Source: an uncultured Opitutales bacterium (GTDB lineage Bacteria; Verrucomicrobiota; Verrucomicrobiia; Opitutales; Intestinicryptomonadaceae). Taken from it: a stretch of DNA of 32,000 nt. The stretch lies in the NCBI GenBank assembly GCA_934660865.1, contig CAKUIA010000007.1, positions 1-32,000 of the forward strand, read 5' to 3'. Within the stretch, counting starts at the first letter, position 1, and every line of letters begins with the position of its first letter. Under the pieces are notes generated by a model. That model did no database searches, was not told the origin of the DNA, and saw only the letters and a program-made list of their open reading frames with translations. The position numbers and the translations under genes are program-made. This document shows, piece by piece, positions 16,526 through 24,703 of this stretch.

Positions 16526-16582
16526 ATAAAAGTTATATTCATCTAACTTGTCAACAAGAAAAGTTAATGTTGTCTAACTTTT
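16526..16582 (-). promoter_or_regulatory. feo promoter (TTGACA-N17-TTTTAT) embedded in two tandem AAAAGTTA-N8-TAACTT operators
   Basis: The -35 complement is at 16549-16554 and the -10 complement at 16526-16531. Inverted repeat 1 spans 16528-16549 and inverted repeat 2 spans 16559-16582, with centres 31 bp apart. A Fur-box-like 19-mer sits at 16525-16543. Confidence 0.5.
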
Positions 16583-16683
16583 AAGGCAAAAATGCACCGC
16601 AAAAAGGCGTTTTTACGGCAAAAACGCGCGCATTTTGCGCGAATAACAAATATTTGCGCATATTTTGCGCCAGGTTGCCCTGT

Positions 16684-16717
16684 AAAAAAAATAAAAAAGC
16701 CCTCCGTTTTGGAGAGC
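16684..16717 (-). terminator. Terminator after the metallophosphoesterase gene
   Basis: On the minus strand GCTCTCC-aaaac-GGAGGGC (one mismatch) is followed by TTTTTTATTTTTTT. Confidence 0.6.
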
Positions 16718-16741
16718 TTTTGCGGCATTTTTCGGGAGATT

Positions 16742-18013
16742 TTACAATTTAAACGACAAACTTTCGCGGCTCTTGTTGCCGTCTTGCCCGTAAAAATCTA
16801 CCCTAATTTCGTTTTCCACCGAAACGCACATGGATTCGTTGTTGGAATTTACTATTATCGGGAAAGGCAGAGTTTTGTTTTCGTCTGCAATTTTGTTTTT
16901 ATACTTTCCGTCCGAGTAGATTTCCATTTGGTCGGCATTGGCGGGCACATAGTAGTGCCTGTGCATATGTGCGCAAAGCATTAGGTTTACGTTTTTGTCT
17001 TTTAGCAAAGAATCGAAATGCGTGTCGTTCTTTGTCCTATAAGCCATATAGTCCATTGCGGGGGGAATGTGCTGAACTACAATTCTGCATTTTGCCTCCC
17101 TAAAGGCGGGGCTATTTACAACGTCTTTAACCCATTGGTATTCTATGCTTCTATAATGGGTAAAGTCGTTTAAAAATCTGCCTTCCCAGGAATCGTCGGG
17201 CTTGTCTTCGCACAAATCAAGGCAAAGGAAAAACACTGGGCCCGCCCTGAAAGCGTAGTAGGTCTTTCCGCTTTTAGTGGGGAAATATGTGTAGAAATCT
17301 TCGGCCTGTTTGCCGCGCGTTTCGTGGTTGCCCCTAATAAAATATACCGGTTTTTGGCAGTTCAGATTTTTGGCGACCGGGTCTATCAAATTTCTGAAAA
17401 GCTTTCGCTCGTCGCCGATATAGTCAAGCATATCGCCGTTCATAAACAAAAACTCGTAGTCTTCGGGCAAAGCGTCCATCAGCGAATTTATAACCTTTGG
17501 CCTTTCGTGGGTGTCGTTTAAAACGGCAAACTTTAAGGCCTTGTTTTTTACGCTTGTTGTAGTAAACGCAATTTCGCCGCCGTCGGGGGCTTGGGTTAGC
17601 TCTATAATTTTGCCCAAATAGATTTCGCCGTAGCCCTCGCCCTTTTTCCACTTCCAATTCCAGTATTGGACAAGCTCTTTTGCCACGATTTTTACGGTGT
17701 AGCGCATACCCGCTTTAAGCCCGTAAATTCTTACATTGTGTATGGTTCCCGCATGCTTTTTGCCCGTGCTAGACGACTGGAAAAACGCCTTAGGTTCTTT
17801 AAAGTCTGTATCTTGTGTGCTGGAAATGTAGATGTCGGCAAGCGAAATTTTGTTGGCTGCAAATACAATGTTTGCGCACGAAGTACCCCCTCCTACGATG
17901 TAGGGAGTACCCAAAATTTTAAATTCGCCGTCTTTTTCTATATATTTTTGGGTGGCAAAGGCGTTTGCGCACGCCAAAAGAGCCGACGATATTAAAAAGT
18001 TGCGCCTTAACAT
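16742..18013 (-). CDS. Secreted metallophosphoesterase, purple-acid-phosphatase-like
   Basis: 423 aa with a signal peptide (MLRRNFLISSALLACANAFA) and an N-terminal beta-sandwich region. The calcineurin-like motif set follows: LNDTHE, NGDMLDY, IRGNHE, VVQHIPP and CAHMHRH. Confidence 0.8.
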   Translation of the reverse strand: MLRRNFLISSALLACANAFATQKYIEKDGEFKILGTPYIVGGGTSCANIVFAANKISLADIYISSTQDTDFKEPKAFFQSSSTGKKHAGTIHNVRIYGLKAGMRYTVKIVAKELVQYWNWKWKKGEGYGEIYLGKIIELTQAPDGGEIAFTTTSVKNKALKFAVLNDTHERPKVINSLMDALPEDYEFLFMNGDMLDYIGDERKLFRNLIDPVAKNLNCQKPVYFIRGNHETRGKQAEDFYTYFPTKSGKTYYAFRAGPVFFLCLDLCEDKPDDSWEGRFLNDFTHYRSIEYQWVKDVVNSPAFREAKCRIVVQHIPPAMDYMAYRTKNDTHFDSLLKDKNVNLMLCAHMHRHYYVPANADQMEIYSDGKYKNKIADENKTLPFPIIVNSNNESMCVSVENEIRVDFYGQDGNKSRESLSFKL

Positions 18014-18016
18014 TGT

Positions 18017-20395
18017 TTATTCTTTCTCCTTAACGATTTTGTTGCCTTCGAACACAAAGCCGTTTACCTTGCGCGTTTCGATGAACGCCCCTGGGTTTTT
18101 AACCAAAGGCGAGGCATACCAAGTGTTGTTTACAACCTTTATATTGCTTGCATGCGAAGCGTAGATTGCACCCCTGTAGTACTTTTCGTTTACTCGGGGC
18201 GTTTTGGCAATGAATTTGTTGTTTACAAATGTTATATTGCCCGCCGACGAAATCGAGGCTATGGAGCCGAACGAATCTATAAACGTGTTGTTTTCGAACA
18301 AAACGTTGTTGATTATAGGATACATTGTTTGGTCTTTAAACGAATTGTAGCGCATAAATACGCCCATATAAACGTCTCTTGCCTTGCCGCTTTCGGCAAC
18401 GGGGTGCGGGCTGCCCTGCTCGAATGTGCAGTTGCGAACCACAACGTTGTCGGCACCGTACCCTTCGCTCCACACATTGAACGTATAGCCGCTTTCTATT
18501 TTAAGCGCGCCGTGCTCGCTGTGCTTAAAGCGGCAGTTTTCTATTGTTACATCGGGGCACTCGATAATTACGCCCCTTGCTCTGTTGTCGTGAAAATAGC
18601 AGTTGCGCAATATCATATTGCGGGTAGCAAAGTTGCGGTTAAACATAACAAAACCGTCTATTTTCTCCTGCGGAACTTTTTGGTCGAATATGAATTCGTA
18701 TACGCCCTTTTTGGGGTCTATGTTTTTGCATTCCTTTAATTTTGCGGTAAAACCCGTGGGCGAAAAGTCGCCATGGCGAAGCTCTATGTTCGCACCGTCT
18801 GCAAAAACCCAGCGGCTTACGTTGTTTGTCTGAATGGAATAGTCGCTTTTGCGGCGCGCAAAGCCCGAGTTGTCGTGAAAGTTTATGCAGTCGTCGGCCC
18901 CGTACGAAAATTCGCAGTCTTCGTATTTGGCATAGCCCAGAGTGTTTGCAACGTGGCAGTGGTCGGCCGAAGATGTTATAGCCCTGCGGAACTTGTTTTC
19001 GGGCTTTTTTATGTTTACGTTCTTAAAGTGCCAATATTGCTGCTTGTCTTTTATCACAAAGGCGTGCCCCGCGCACGAATATATGTTTATGTCTTTTAAG
19101 GTAAGGTGAACGTTGCCAGTTTGCACAATGCCGTTCATTACATAGTAGTAGTGCTGCATTCTAAACTGCTGGCCAACTTCGTAGCCGTGGTGAACTTCCG
19201 ACAGGTGCATTCTAAGCAAATTGCCGCTTAGCCATTCCTTTTGCGGAATTATTATTTTGTTGCCCACGCCGAAATCGTAGTAGATATCGAACGAAAATTC
19301 GGTGCCGACCGACTGCGTTTTGGGGTCGAAAACCGACAAGTTTACAATGCGGCAGTCTTTTTTGGGAAAATCGTCGTACTCCAAAAACTTTACGTCTACA
19401 AACTTCTTTTGGCGGTCTATTTTTACAACTTCAACAATGCTGGCCAAGGGCGATTTTTCCCAATCCCAGTCGAAGTTGAAATTGCACAACTTTGTGCGTT
19501 TGCAAAAGTCTACCTTCATATTGGGAACACGGTTGTCTGTTTTGTAGAAAACAAAAGTAGAGCCGCCGCCGTCGAACTCAAAGTTTTCCATATTCTTGAT
19601 TTCAATGGATTTTTCCTCGTCCAAATAATATTGGCCCTTGTCTACAACAAGCTTTGCGGCCTTTATTTTGCGGCAGTGTTCTATTGCGCGGTTTAGCTTT
19701 GTTATTATGTCTTTTTCGCCAACTTTTACGCCGAAGTCGCTCGCCTTTACAACGACGCCATTGGGGTTGTCGGGAAGAAGCACGTCGAATTCCTTGGAAC
19801 CCGTTGGCAACCCTTTTCTGCTTAGCTTGTAGGGCTTGGGGTTTGCAACGGGCGCATAGTATTTTTCCAGCGAGCCTTCGTATATTTTAACGTCGCAAAC
19901 TTCAACAGAGGCCTTATCTACAGTAGACATACAAAGCCTGTAGTCGGCGGCGTTTTTGTCGGTTTTAAAATGAACCGTGCGGGTAGACACCCCCCCGCTT
20001 GTGTTGTTTATTGTAGTGCTAATATAGTCGCCGGCTTTCGGGTATTTGTCGCTGCGGATAAAGGCGAGCAGGCTACCGCTATTTTCCACCTTGGCCGAAA
20101 ACTCCAAAATATAGTCGGTATTTGGCTTAAATATGCCGTTTTTAGAGGTTAAAATGCGGTTGTATTTTTCCTTGCACTTTTCGCTTGAAAACGAAACCGT
20201 TTTGCCGTTGAAAGATGCCGCCTTTGCAAACGTCAAGTCGCTGCCGTTTATGCCGCCTACGGCATATACCAAAGGCTTTTGTTCCTCCTGTTTATTTGCC
20301 GTATCGCAAGCAGACACCGCAAAAACTGCAAACATTGCCGCGACGCAAAAAGACGCCATGGCAAACACTCTCTTTAAACCATTGTTTTTCATCAT
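18017..20395 (-). CDS. Right-handed parallel beta-helix protein (pectate-lyase-superfamily glycosidase/lyase-like) with an N-terminal CBM-like domain; lipoprotein signal
   Basis: 792 aa. The lipobox is AVSAC. The segment ASDFGVKVGEKDIITKLNRAIEHC resembles the N-terminal cap of pectate_lyase_3/GH28/GH55-type helices. PbH1-like turns repeat through the C-terminal region (NCYFHDNRARG, ENCRFKHSEHG, VRNCTFE, FENNTF, VNNKF). The stop codon lies 3 nt before the phosphoesterase start. Confidence 0.75.
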   Translation of the reverse strand: MMKNNGLKRVFAMASFCVAAMFAVFAVSACDTANKQEEQKPLVYAVGGINGSDLTFAKAASFNGKTVSFSSEKCKEKYNRILTSKNGIFKPNTDYILEFSAKVENSGSLLAFIRSDKYPKAGDYISTTINNTSGGVSTRTVHFKTDKNAADYRLCMSTVDKASVEVCDVKIYEGSLEKYYAPVANPKPYKLSRKGLPTGSKEFDVLLPDNPNGVVVKASDFGVKVGEKDIITKLNRAIEHCRKIKAAKLVVDKGQYYLDEEKSIEIKNMENFEFDGGGSTFVFYKTDNRVPNMKVDFCKRTKLCNFNFDWDWEKSPLASIVEVVKIDRQKKFVDVKFLEYDDFPKKDCRIVNLSVFDPKTQSVGTEFSFDIYYDFGVGNKIIIPQKEWLSGNLLRMHLSEVHHGYEVGQQFRMQHYYYVMNGIVQTGNVHLTLKDINIYSCAGHAFVIKDKQQYWHFKNVNIKKPENKFRRAITSSADHCHVANTLGYAKYEDCEFSYGADDCINFHDNSGFARRKSDYSIQTNNVSRWVFADGANIELRHGDFSPTGFTAKLKECKNIDPKKGVYEFIFDQKVPQEKIDGFVMFNRNFATRNMILRNCYFHDNRARGVIIECPDVTIENCRFKHSEHGALKIESGYTFNVWSEGYGADNVVVRNCTFEQGSPHPVAESGKARDVYMGVFMRYNSFKDQTMYPIINNVLFENNTFIDSFGSIASISSAGNITFVNNKFIAKTPRVNEKYYRGAIYASHASNIKVVNNTWYASPLVKNPGAFIETRKVNGFVFEGNKIVKEKE

Positions 20396-20419
20396 ATATG
20401 TATTTTTCTAGATGGATAC

Positions 20420-20448
20420 ATTATTACCGTAAGGTAAATAACGGTCAA
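20420..20448 (-). promoter_or_regulatory. Promoter TTGACC-N17-AATAAT for beta-helix gene 1
   Basis: The -35 complement is at 20443-20448 and the -10 complement at 20420-20425, 25 nt upstream of the ATG at 20395. Confidence 0.4.
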
Positions 20449-20449
20449 C

Positions 20450-20478
20450 AAAAAAGCCCCAAGTCGACGGCTTGGAGC
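20450..20478 (-). terminator. Terminator of beta-helix gene 2
   Basis: On the minus strand GCTCCAAG-ccgtcga-CTTGGGGC (one mismatch) is followed by TTTTTT. It directly abuts the next promoter. Confidence 0.6.
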
Positions 20479-20506
20479 TATAAAACTTAAATGCACTTTG
20501 CTATTT

Positions 20507-22897
20507 TTAGCGCTTTTCGTTTATAATTTTGTTGCCCTCAAAAACAAAATTTTTTACATCACCGCTTTCGACAAATGCCCCCGGGTTCTTTACCAAAGGC
20601 GAAGCATACCAAGTGTTGTTTACAATTTTTACATCGCTTGCGCATTTTGCGTAGAACGCGCCCCTATAGTATCTTTCGTTTACCCTGGGCGTTTTGGCAA
20701 TGAATTTGTTGTTTGCAAATATTACATTGCCCGCCGACGAAATCGAGGCAATAGAGCCGAATGTATCAATAAACGTGTTGTTCGCAAACAGGATATTCTT
20801 TAGAATGGGATATTTTGTCTGGTCTGGCAAAAAGTTGTAGCGCATATATACTCCCAAGTGAATGTCTCTGTCTTTGCCGCTTTCGGAAACGGGGTGCGGA
20901 CTGGCCTGCTCGAATGTGCAGTTGCGTATAACGATGTTGTCGGCACCCGAGCCTTCGCTCCATATGTCAAATGTATAGCAACACCCTATCTTTAAACCTC
21001 CGTGCTCGCTATGCTTAAAGCGGCAGTTTTCTATTGTTATATTGCGCCCCGACATAACCATGCCCCTTGCCCTGTTGTCGTGAAAATAGCAGTTGCGCAC
21101 AATCAGGTTTGCGGTGTTATAAAGACGGTTGAACATAACAAATCCGTCTATCTTTTCTTCGGGAATTTTTTGCTCGAATATGAATTCGTATATACCCCTT
21201 TTGGGGTCTATATCTTTACACGCCTTTATTTTTGCGGTAAAACCCGTGGGCGAAAAATCGCCATTGCGAAGCTCTATTACGGAATTGTTATTAAAGCTGG
21301 TGCGGTTTACGTTGTTTGTTATCAGCGAATAGTCGCTTTTGCGGCGCGCAAAACCCGAATTGTCGTGAAAGTTAATGCAGTCGTCGGCCCCGTACGAAAA
21401 TTCGCAGTCTTCGTACTTGCCGTAGCCGAGGGTATTTACAACGTGGCAGTGGTCGTTTGTGCAGGTTATAGCCCTGCGGAACTTGTTTTCGGGCTTTTTT
21501 ATGTTTACGTTCTTAAAGTGCCAATATTGCTGCTTGTCTTTTATTACAAAGGCATGCCCCGCGCACGAATATATGTTTACGTCTTTTAAGGTAAAGTGTT
21601 CGTTGCCCGACATAACAATGGCGTTCATTCCGCCGTTATAGTAGTGCTGCATTCTAAACTGCTGGCCAACTTCGTATTTCGGATAAACACTGGGCAAATG
21701 CATTCTAAGCAAATTGCCGCTTAGCCATTCCTTTTTGGGAATTATAACTTGATTGCCAACACCGAAATCGTAGTAGATATCGAATGCAAATTCGGTACCG
21801 ACCGACTGCGTTTTGGGGTCGAAGCACGATAAATTCGTTATTTTGCAGTCTTTTTTGGGGAAGTCGTCGTATTCCAAAAACTTTACGTCTACAAACTTTT
21901 TTTGGCGGTCTATATTTACAATTTCTACAATGCTGGCCAGCGGCGACTTTTCCCAATCCCAGTCGAAATTGAAATTGTGCAATTTTGTGCGCTTGCATAA
22001 ATCGACAGTCATATTCGGAAACCTGCCAGTTGTTTTGTAGAAAACAAAGGTGGAGCCGCCGCCGTCGAACTCGAAATCCTCCATCTCTTTTAACTCTATG
22101 CTTTTAGGCTCGTCTAAATAGTATGTGCCCTTTTCTACAACAAGCTTTGCGGCCTTTATGTTGCGGCAATATTCTATTGCATTGTTTAGCTTTGTAACAA
22201 TGTCTTTTTCGCCCACTTTTACGCCGAAATCGCCTGCGTTTACAACGGCGCCTTTGGGGTTGTTGGGAAGCTGAACATCGAATTCCTTTGCGCCCGTTGG
22301 CAGCCCTTTTCTGCTTAGTTTGTAGGGTTTTGGGTTTTCGCTAGGCGCATAGTATGTTTCCAAAACGCCCTCGTATATTTTTATGTCGCAAATTTCTACG
22401 TTGGTTTTGTCTATGGCAGCCACACACAATTTATAGGCGGAGGCAAACCTGCCCGTTTTAAAATGCACCCTTCTAGTTGTTTTACACCCTCTCGTACTGG
22501 GCACAATATAGCTTAAAATGTCTTTTTCCTTGGGGAACTTATTGCTGCGTATAAACGCATAAAAAGCGCCTTCTTTGTCGGAAGAATCAACTTTTACGGT
22601 AAATTCCAGAACATAGTCGGTATCGAGTTCGAATAAACCGTTTTTTGTATACAAAATATGGTTAAATTTTTTCGTACAATTCTCGGCGGCAATAGAAATT
22701 TTTTGCCCGTCGAATACGGCGTCTTTTGTAATCACAAAATTCTTTGAGCCTACGCCCTCTATAATATAGTTTTCGCCGTCGGGCAAATCGTCTGCAAACA
22801 AAGTAGTTGGTGTAAACAGCGCGTTTGCGCATAGCGCAAAAAACGCCATTGTTTTACATATTACATTGAATTTCAATTTGTTAAGGCATTTCATCAT
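20507..22897 (-). CDS. Right-handed parallel beta-helix protein, tandem paralog of 18017..20395; secreted
   Basis: 796 aa, collinear with the downstream paralog. The C-terminal ~620 aa are highly similar and the N-terminal ~170 aa much less so. It has its own signal peptide, promoter and terminator. Confidence 0.75.
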   Translation of the reverse strand: MMKCLNKLKFNVICKTMAFFALCANALFTPTTLFADDLPDGENYIIEGVGSKNFVITKDAVFDGQKISIAAENCTKKFNHILYTKNGLFELDTDYVLEFTVKVDSSDKEGAFYAFIRSNKFPKEKDILSYIVPSTRGCKTTRRVHFKTGRFASAYKLCVAAIDKTNVEICDIKIYEGVLETYYAPSENPKPYKLSRKGLPTGAKEFDVQLPNNPKGAVVNAGDFGVKVGEKDIVTKLNNAIEYCRNIKAAKLVVEKGTYYLDEPKSIELKEMEDFEFDGGGSTFVFYKTTGRFPNMTVDLCKRTKLHNFNFDWDWEKSPLASIVEIVNIDRQKKFVDVKFLEYDDFPKKDCKITNLSCFDPKTQSVGTEFAFDIYYDFGVGNQVIIPKKEWLSGNLLRMHLPSVYPKYEVGQQFRMQHYYNGGMNAIVMSGNEHFTLKDVNIYSCAGHAFVIKDKQQYWHFKNVNIKKPENKFRRAITCTNDHCHVVNTLGYGKYEDCEFSYGADDCINFHDNSGFARRKSDYSLITNNVNRTSFNNNSVIELRNGDFSPTGFTAKIKACKDIDPKRGIYEFIFEQKIPEEKIDGFVMFNRLYNTANLIVRNCYFHDNRARGMVMSGRNITIENCRFKHSEHGGLKIGCCYTFDIWSEGSGADNIVIRNCTFEQASPHPVSESGKDRDIHLGVYMRYNFLPDQTKYPILKNILFANNTFIDTFGSIASISSAGNVIFANNKFIAKTPRVNERYYRGAFYAKCASDVKIVNNTWYASPLVKNPGAFVESGDVKNFVFEGNKIINEKR

Positions 22898-22922
22898 ATA
22901 TACAATAAGTTAATCGTTTTTC

Positions 22923-22951
22923 ATTATTTGCCGATTTATTATGGTTGTCAA
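22923..22951 (-). promoter_or_regulatory. Promoter TTGACA-N17-AATAAT for beta-helix gene 2
   Basis: The -35 complement is at 22946-22951 and the -10 complement at 22923-22928, 26 nt upstream of the ATG at 22897. Confidence 0.4.
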
Positions 22952-22993
22952 ATTTTTAATAGCACCCCCTCCGGAAAACAGCCATAACACTGC

Positions 22994-23036
22994 AAAAAAA
23001 AACGCAAGCCGACAGTATAGAACTTGTCGGCTTGCG
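22994..23036 (-). terminator. Rho-independent terminator of asd
   Basis: Perfect 12-bp stem CGCAAGCCGACA/TGTCGGCTTGCG with a 10-nt loop. On the minus strand it is followed by nine T. Confidence 0.8.
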
Positions 23037-23069
23037 AATTTATATTTATGCAAAAAGCTTAATTGCCTT

Positions 23070-24068
23070 TTACAGCAATTCGGCAATTTGAACCGCGTTT
23101 AGGGCTGCGCCCTTCCAAAGCTGGTCGCCCGTTACCCAGAACGACAAACCGTTGTCGAATGCAATATCTTTGCGTATTCTGCCAACAGCGCACTTTTCCC
23201 TTTTTTGCGAGAACAAGGGCATTGGGTATTTGTTGTTCTTCGGGTCGTCTACCAGCTCTGCTCCCGAAAATTCTGAAATGGCCTTGCGGGCAAGTTCCAC
23301 ATCTACGGGCTTTTCGAACTCGGCATTTATTGCAACCGAGTGCGCCCTCATTACGGGAACGCGCACGCATGTTGTAGAGCATTTTAACGCTGGCATTTCC
23401 AAAATCTTGCGGCTTTCGTTTACCATTTTCATTTCCTCTTTGGTGTAGCCGGTATCCAAGAAAACGTCTACATGGGGAAGCGCGTTAAAGGCGATTTGGT
23501 AGGGATATACCTTAACTTCGGGCTTTTCGCCCTTTGCGAAGGCCTTTACCTGGTTTTCAAGCTCCTGCATGGCGGCAACGCCGGTGCCCGAAACCGCCTG
23601 ATAGGTAGCCGCAAAAAATCTTTTAAGCCCGAACGCCTTGTTTAGCGGGCACAGCGCCATAAGCGAAATTGCAGTTGTGCAATTAGGGTTGGCGATGATG
23701 TTTTTGTGGTTTTTAAGGGCGTGGGCGTTAACTTCGGGGACTATCAGGGGCACGTTTTCGTCCATTCTAAAAGCCGAAGAATTATCTATCGCAACGCAGT
23801 TGCGCTTTGCCGCTTCGGGAACCAAAGCTTTTGAAACGCTGCCGCCCGCGCTGAAAATTGCTATGTCCAAATTTTCGAAGCTTTCGGGTTTTGCCTCCTG
23901 AACAGTAAATTTATTGCCGTCTTTTTCGATTGTTTTGCCCGCGCTGCGAGCCGACGCCAAAAGCGTCAATTCGCTCATGGGAAAATTTCTGGCAAACAAA
24001 AGGTCAATAAGCTCTTGACCAACTGCGCCCGTTGCGCCAACAATTCCAACTCTATACTTCTTACTCAT
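23070..24068 (-). CDS. asd: Aspartate-semialdehyde dehydrogenase
   Basis: 332 aa with N-terminal VGIVGATGAVGQ and the active-site IANPNCTT. The length and layout match the short (Gram-positive/archaeal-type) Asd branch. Confidence 0.92.
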   Translation of the reverse strand: MSKKYRVGIVGATGAVGQELIDLLFARNFPMSELTLLASARSAGKTIEKDGNKFTVQEAKPESFENLDIAIFSAGGSVSKALVPEAAKRNCVAIDNSSAFRMDENVPLIVPEVNAHALKNHKNIIANPNCTTAISLMALCPLNKAFGLKRFFAATYQAVSGTGVAAMQELENQVKAFAKGEKPEVKVYPYQIAFNALPHVDVFLDTGYTKEEMKMVNESRKILEMPALKCSTTCVRVPVMRAHSVAINAEFEKPVDVELARKAISEFSGAELVDDPKNNKYPMPLFSQKREKCAVGRIRKDIAFDNGLSFWVTGDQLWKGAALNAVQIAELL

Positions 24069-24072
24069 AACT

Positions 24073-24633
24073 ATGAAGCCGTTTATTGATGATTTTTATT
24101 CTTTTTGCGATTTACTGAAAATAGAAAGAACCAAGTTTTGCATATTTGTGGAAATTGGCGAGCAAAAACTTTATCTTTTTGAAAACGGGGTTTTTAAGCT
24201 GGCGTTCGACGTTTCGACATCGCGCAAGCCCCCCTGCTGCGTAAAGGATTCGCTCGGCACTCCTTTGGGGCTGCATTTTATAGACGGGAAAATCGGAGAA
24301 AACGAAGATATAGACACTGTTTTTATTGGCAGAAAACCCGTCGGCAAAATTTCGCAACAGCCCGACGACACGGTAAATATGATAACAACGCGCATAATGC
24401 GCCTGAGGGGTTTGCAAGAGGGCGTAAACTGCGGCGGCAATGTGGATACTTTTGAGCGCTTTGTCTACATTCACGGCACAAACCAAACCGAAAAAATCGG
24501 CACGCCAAACAGCCACGGCTGCGTGCTGCTTGCCCCCAACGACATGAAAAAACTCTTCGACATTGTAGACGACAAAAGCCTTGTGTATATCTACACCGAC
24601 ACCCCCGAATTTGCAAAACATAAACCGCTTTAA
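24073..24633 (+). CDS. L,D-transpeptidase (YkuD domain) family protein
   Basis: 186 aa. The catalytic signature YIHGTNQTEKIGTPNSHGCVLL contains the H...SHGC motif. Confidence 0.8.
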   Translation: MKPFIDDFYSFCDLLKIERTKFCIFVEIGEQKLYLFENGVFKLAFDVSTSRKPPCCVKDSLGTPLGLHFIDGKIGENEDIDTVFIGRKPVGKISQQPDDTVNMITTRIMRLRGLQEGVNCGGNVDTFERFVYIHGTNQTEKIGTPNSHGCVLLAPNDMKKLFDIVDDKSLVYIYTDTPEFAKHKPL

Positions 24634-24703
24634 AAAACCTCTTTTATTGCTTTACACAAACGGCAAAATGCCGAAAATGTAGGGCAAAAAAACAGACAAT
24701 CCC

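Larger units (their letters stand above)
18017..22951 (-). repeat. Tandem gene duplication, unit 2490 bp
   Basis: The 3' ends align at a constant offset of 2490 (18017 vs 20507). Nucleotide similarity is visible across most of the unit, including an 80-nt perfect match (18975-19054 = 21465-21544). Spurious antisense ORFs are duplicated too (18152..18739 vs 21002..21589). Confidence 0.9.
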
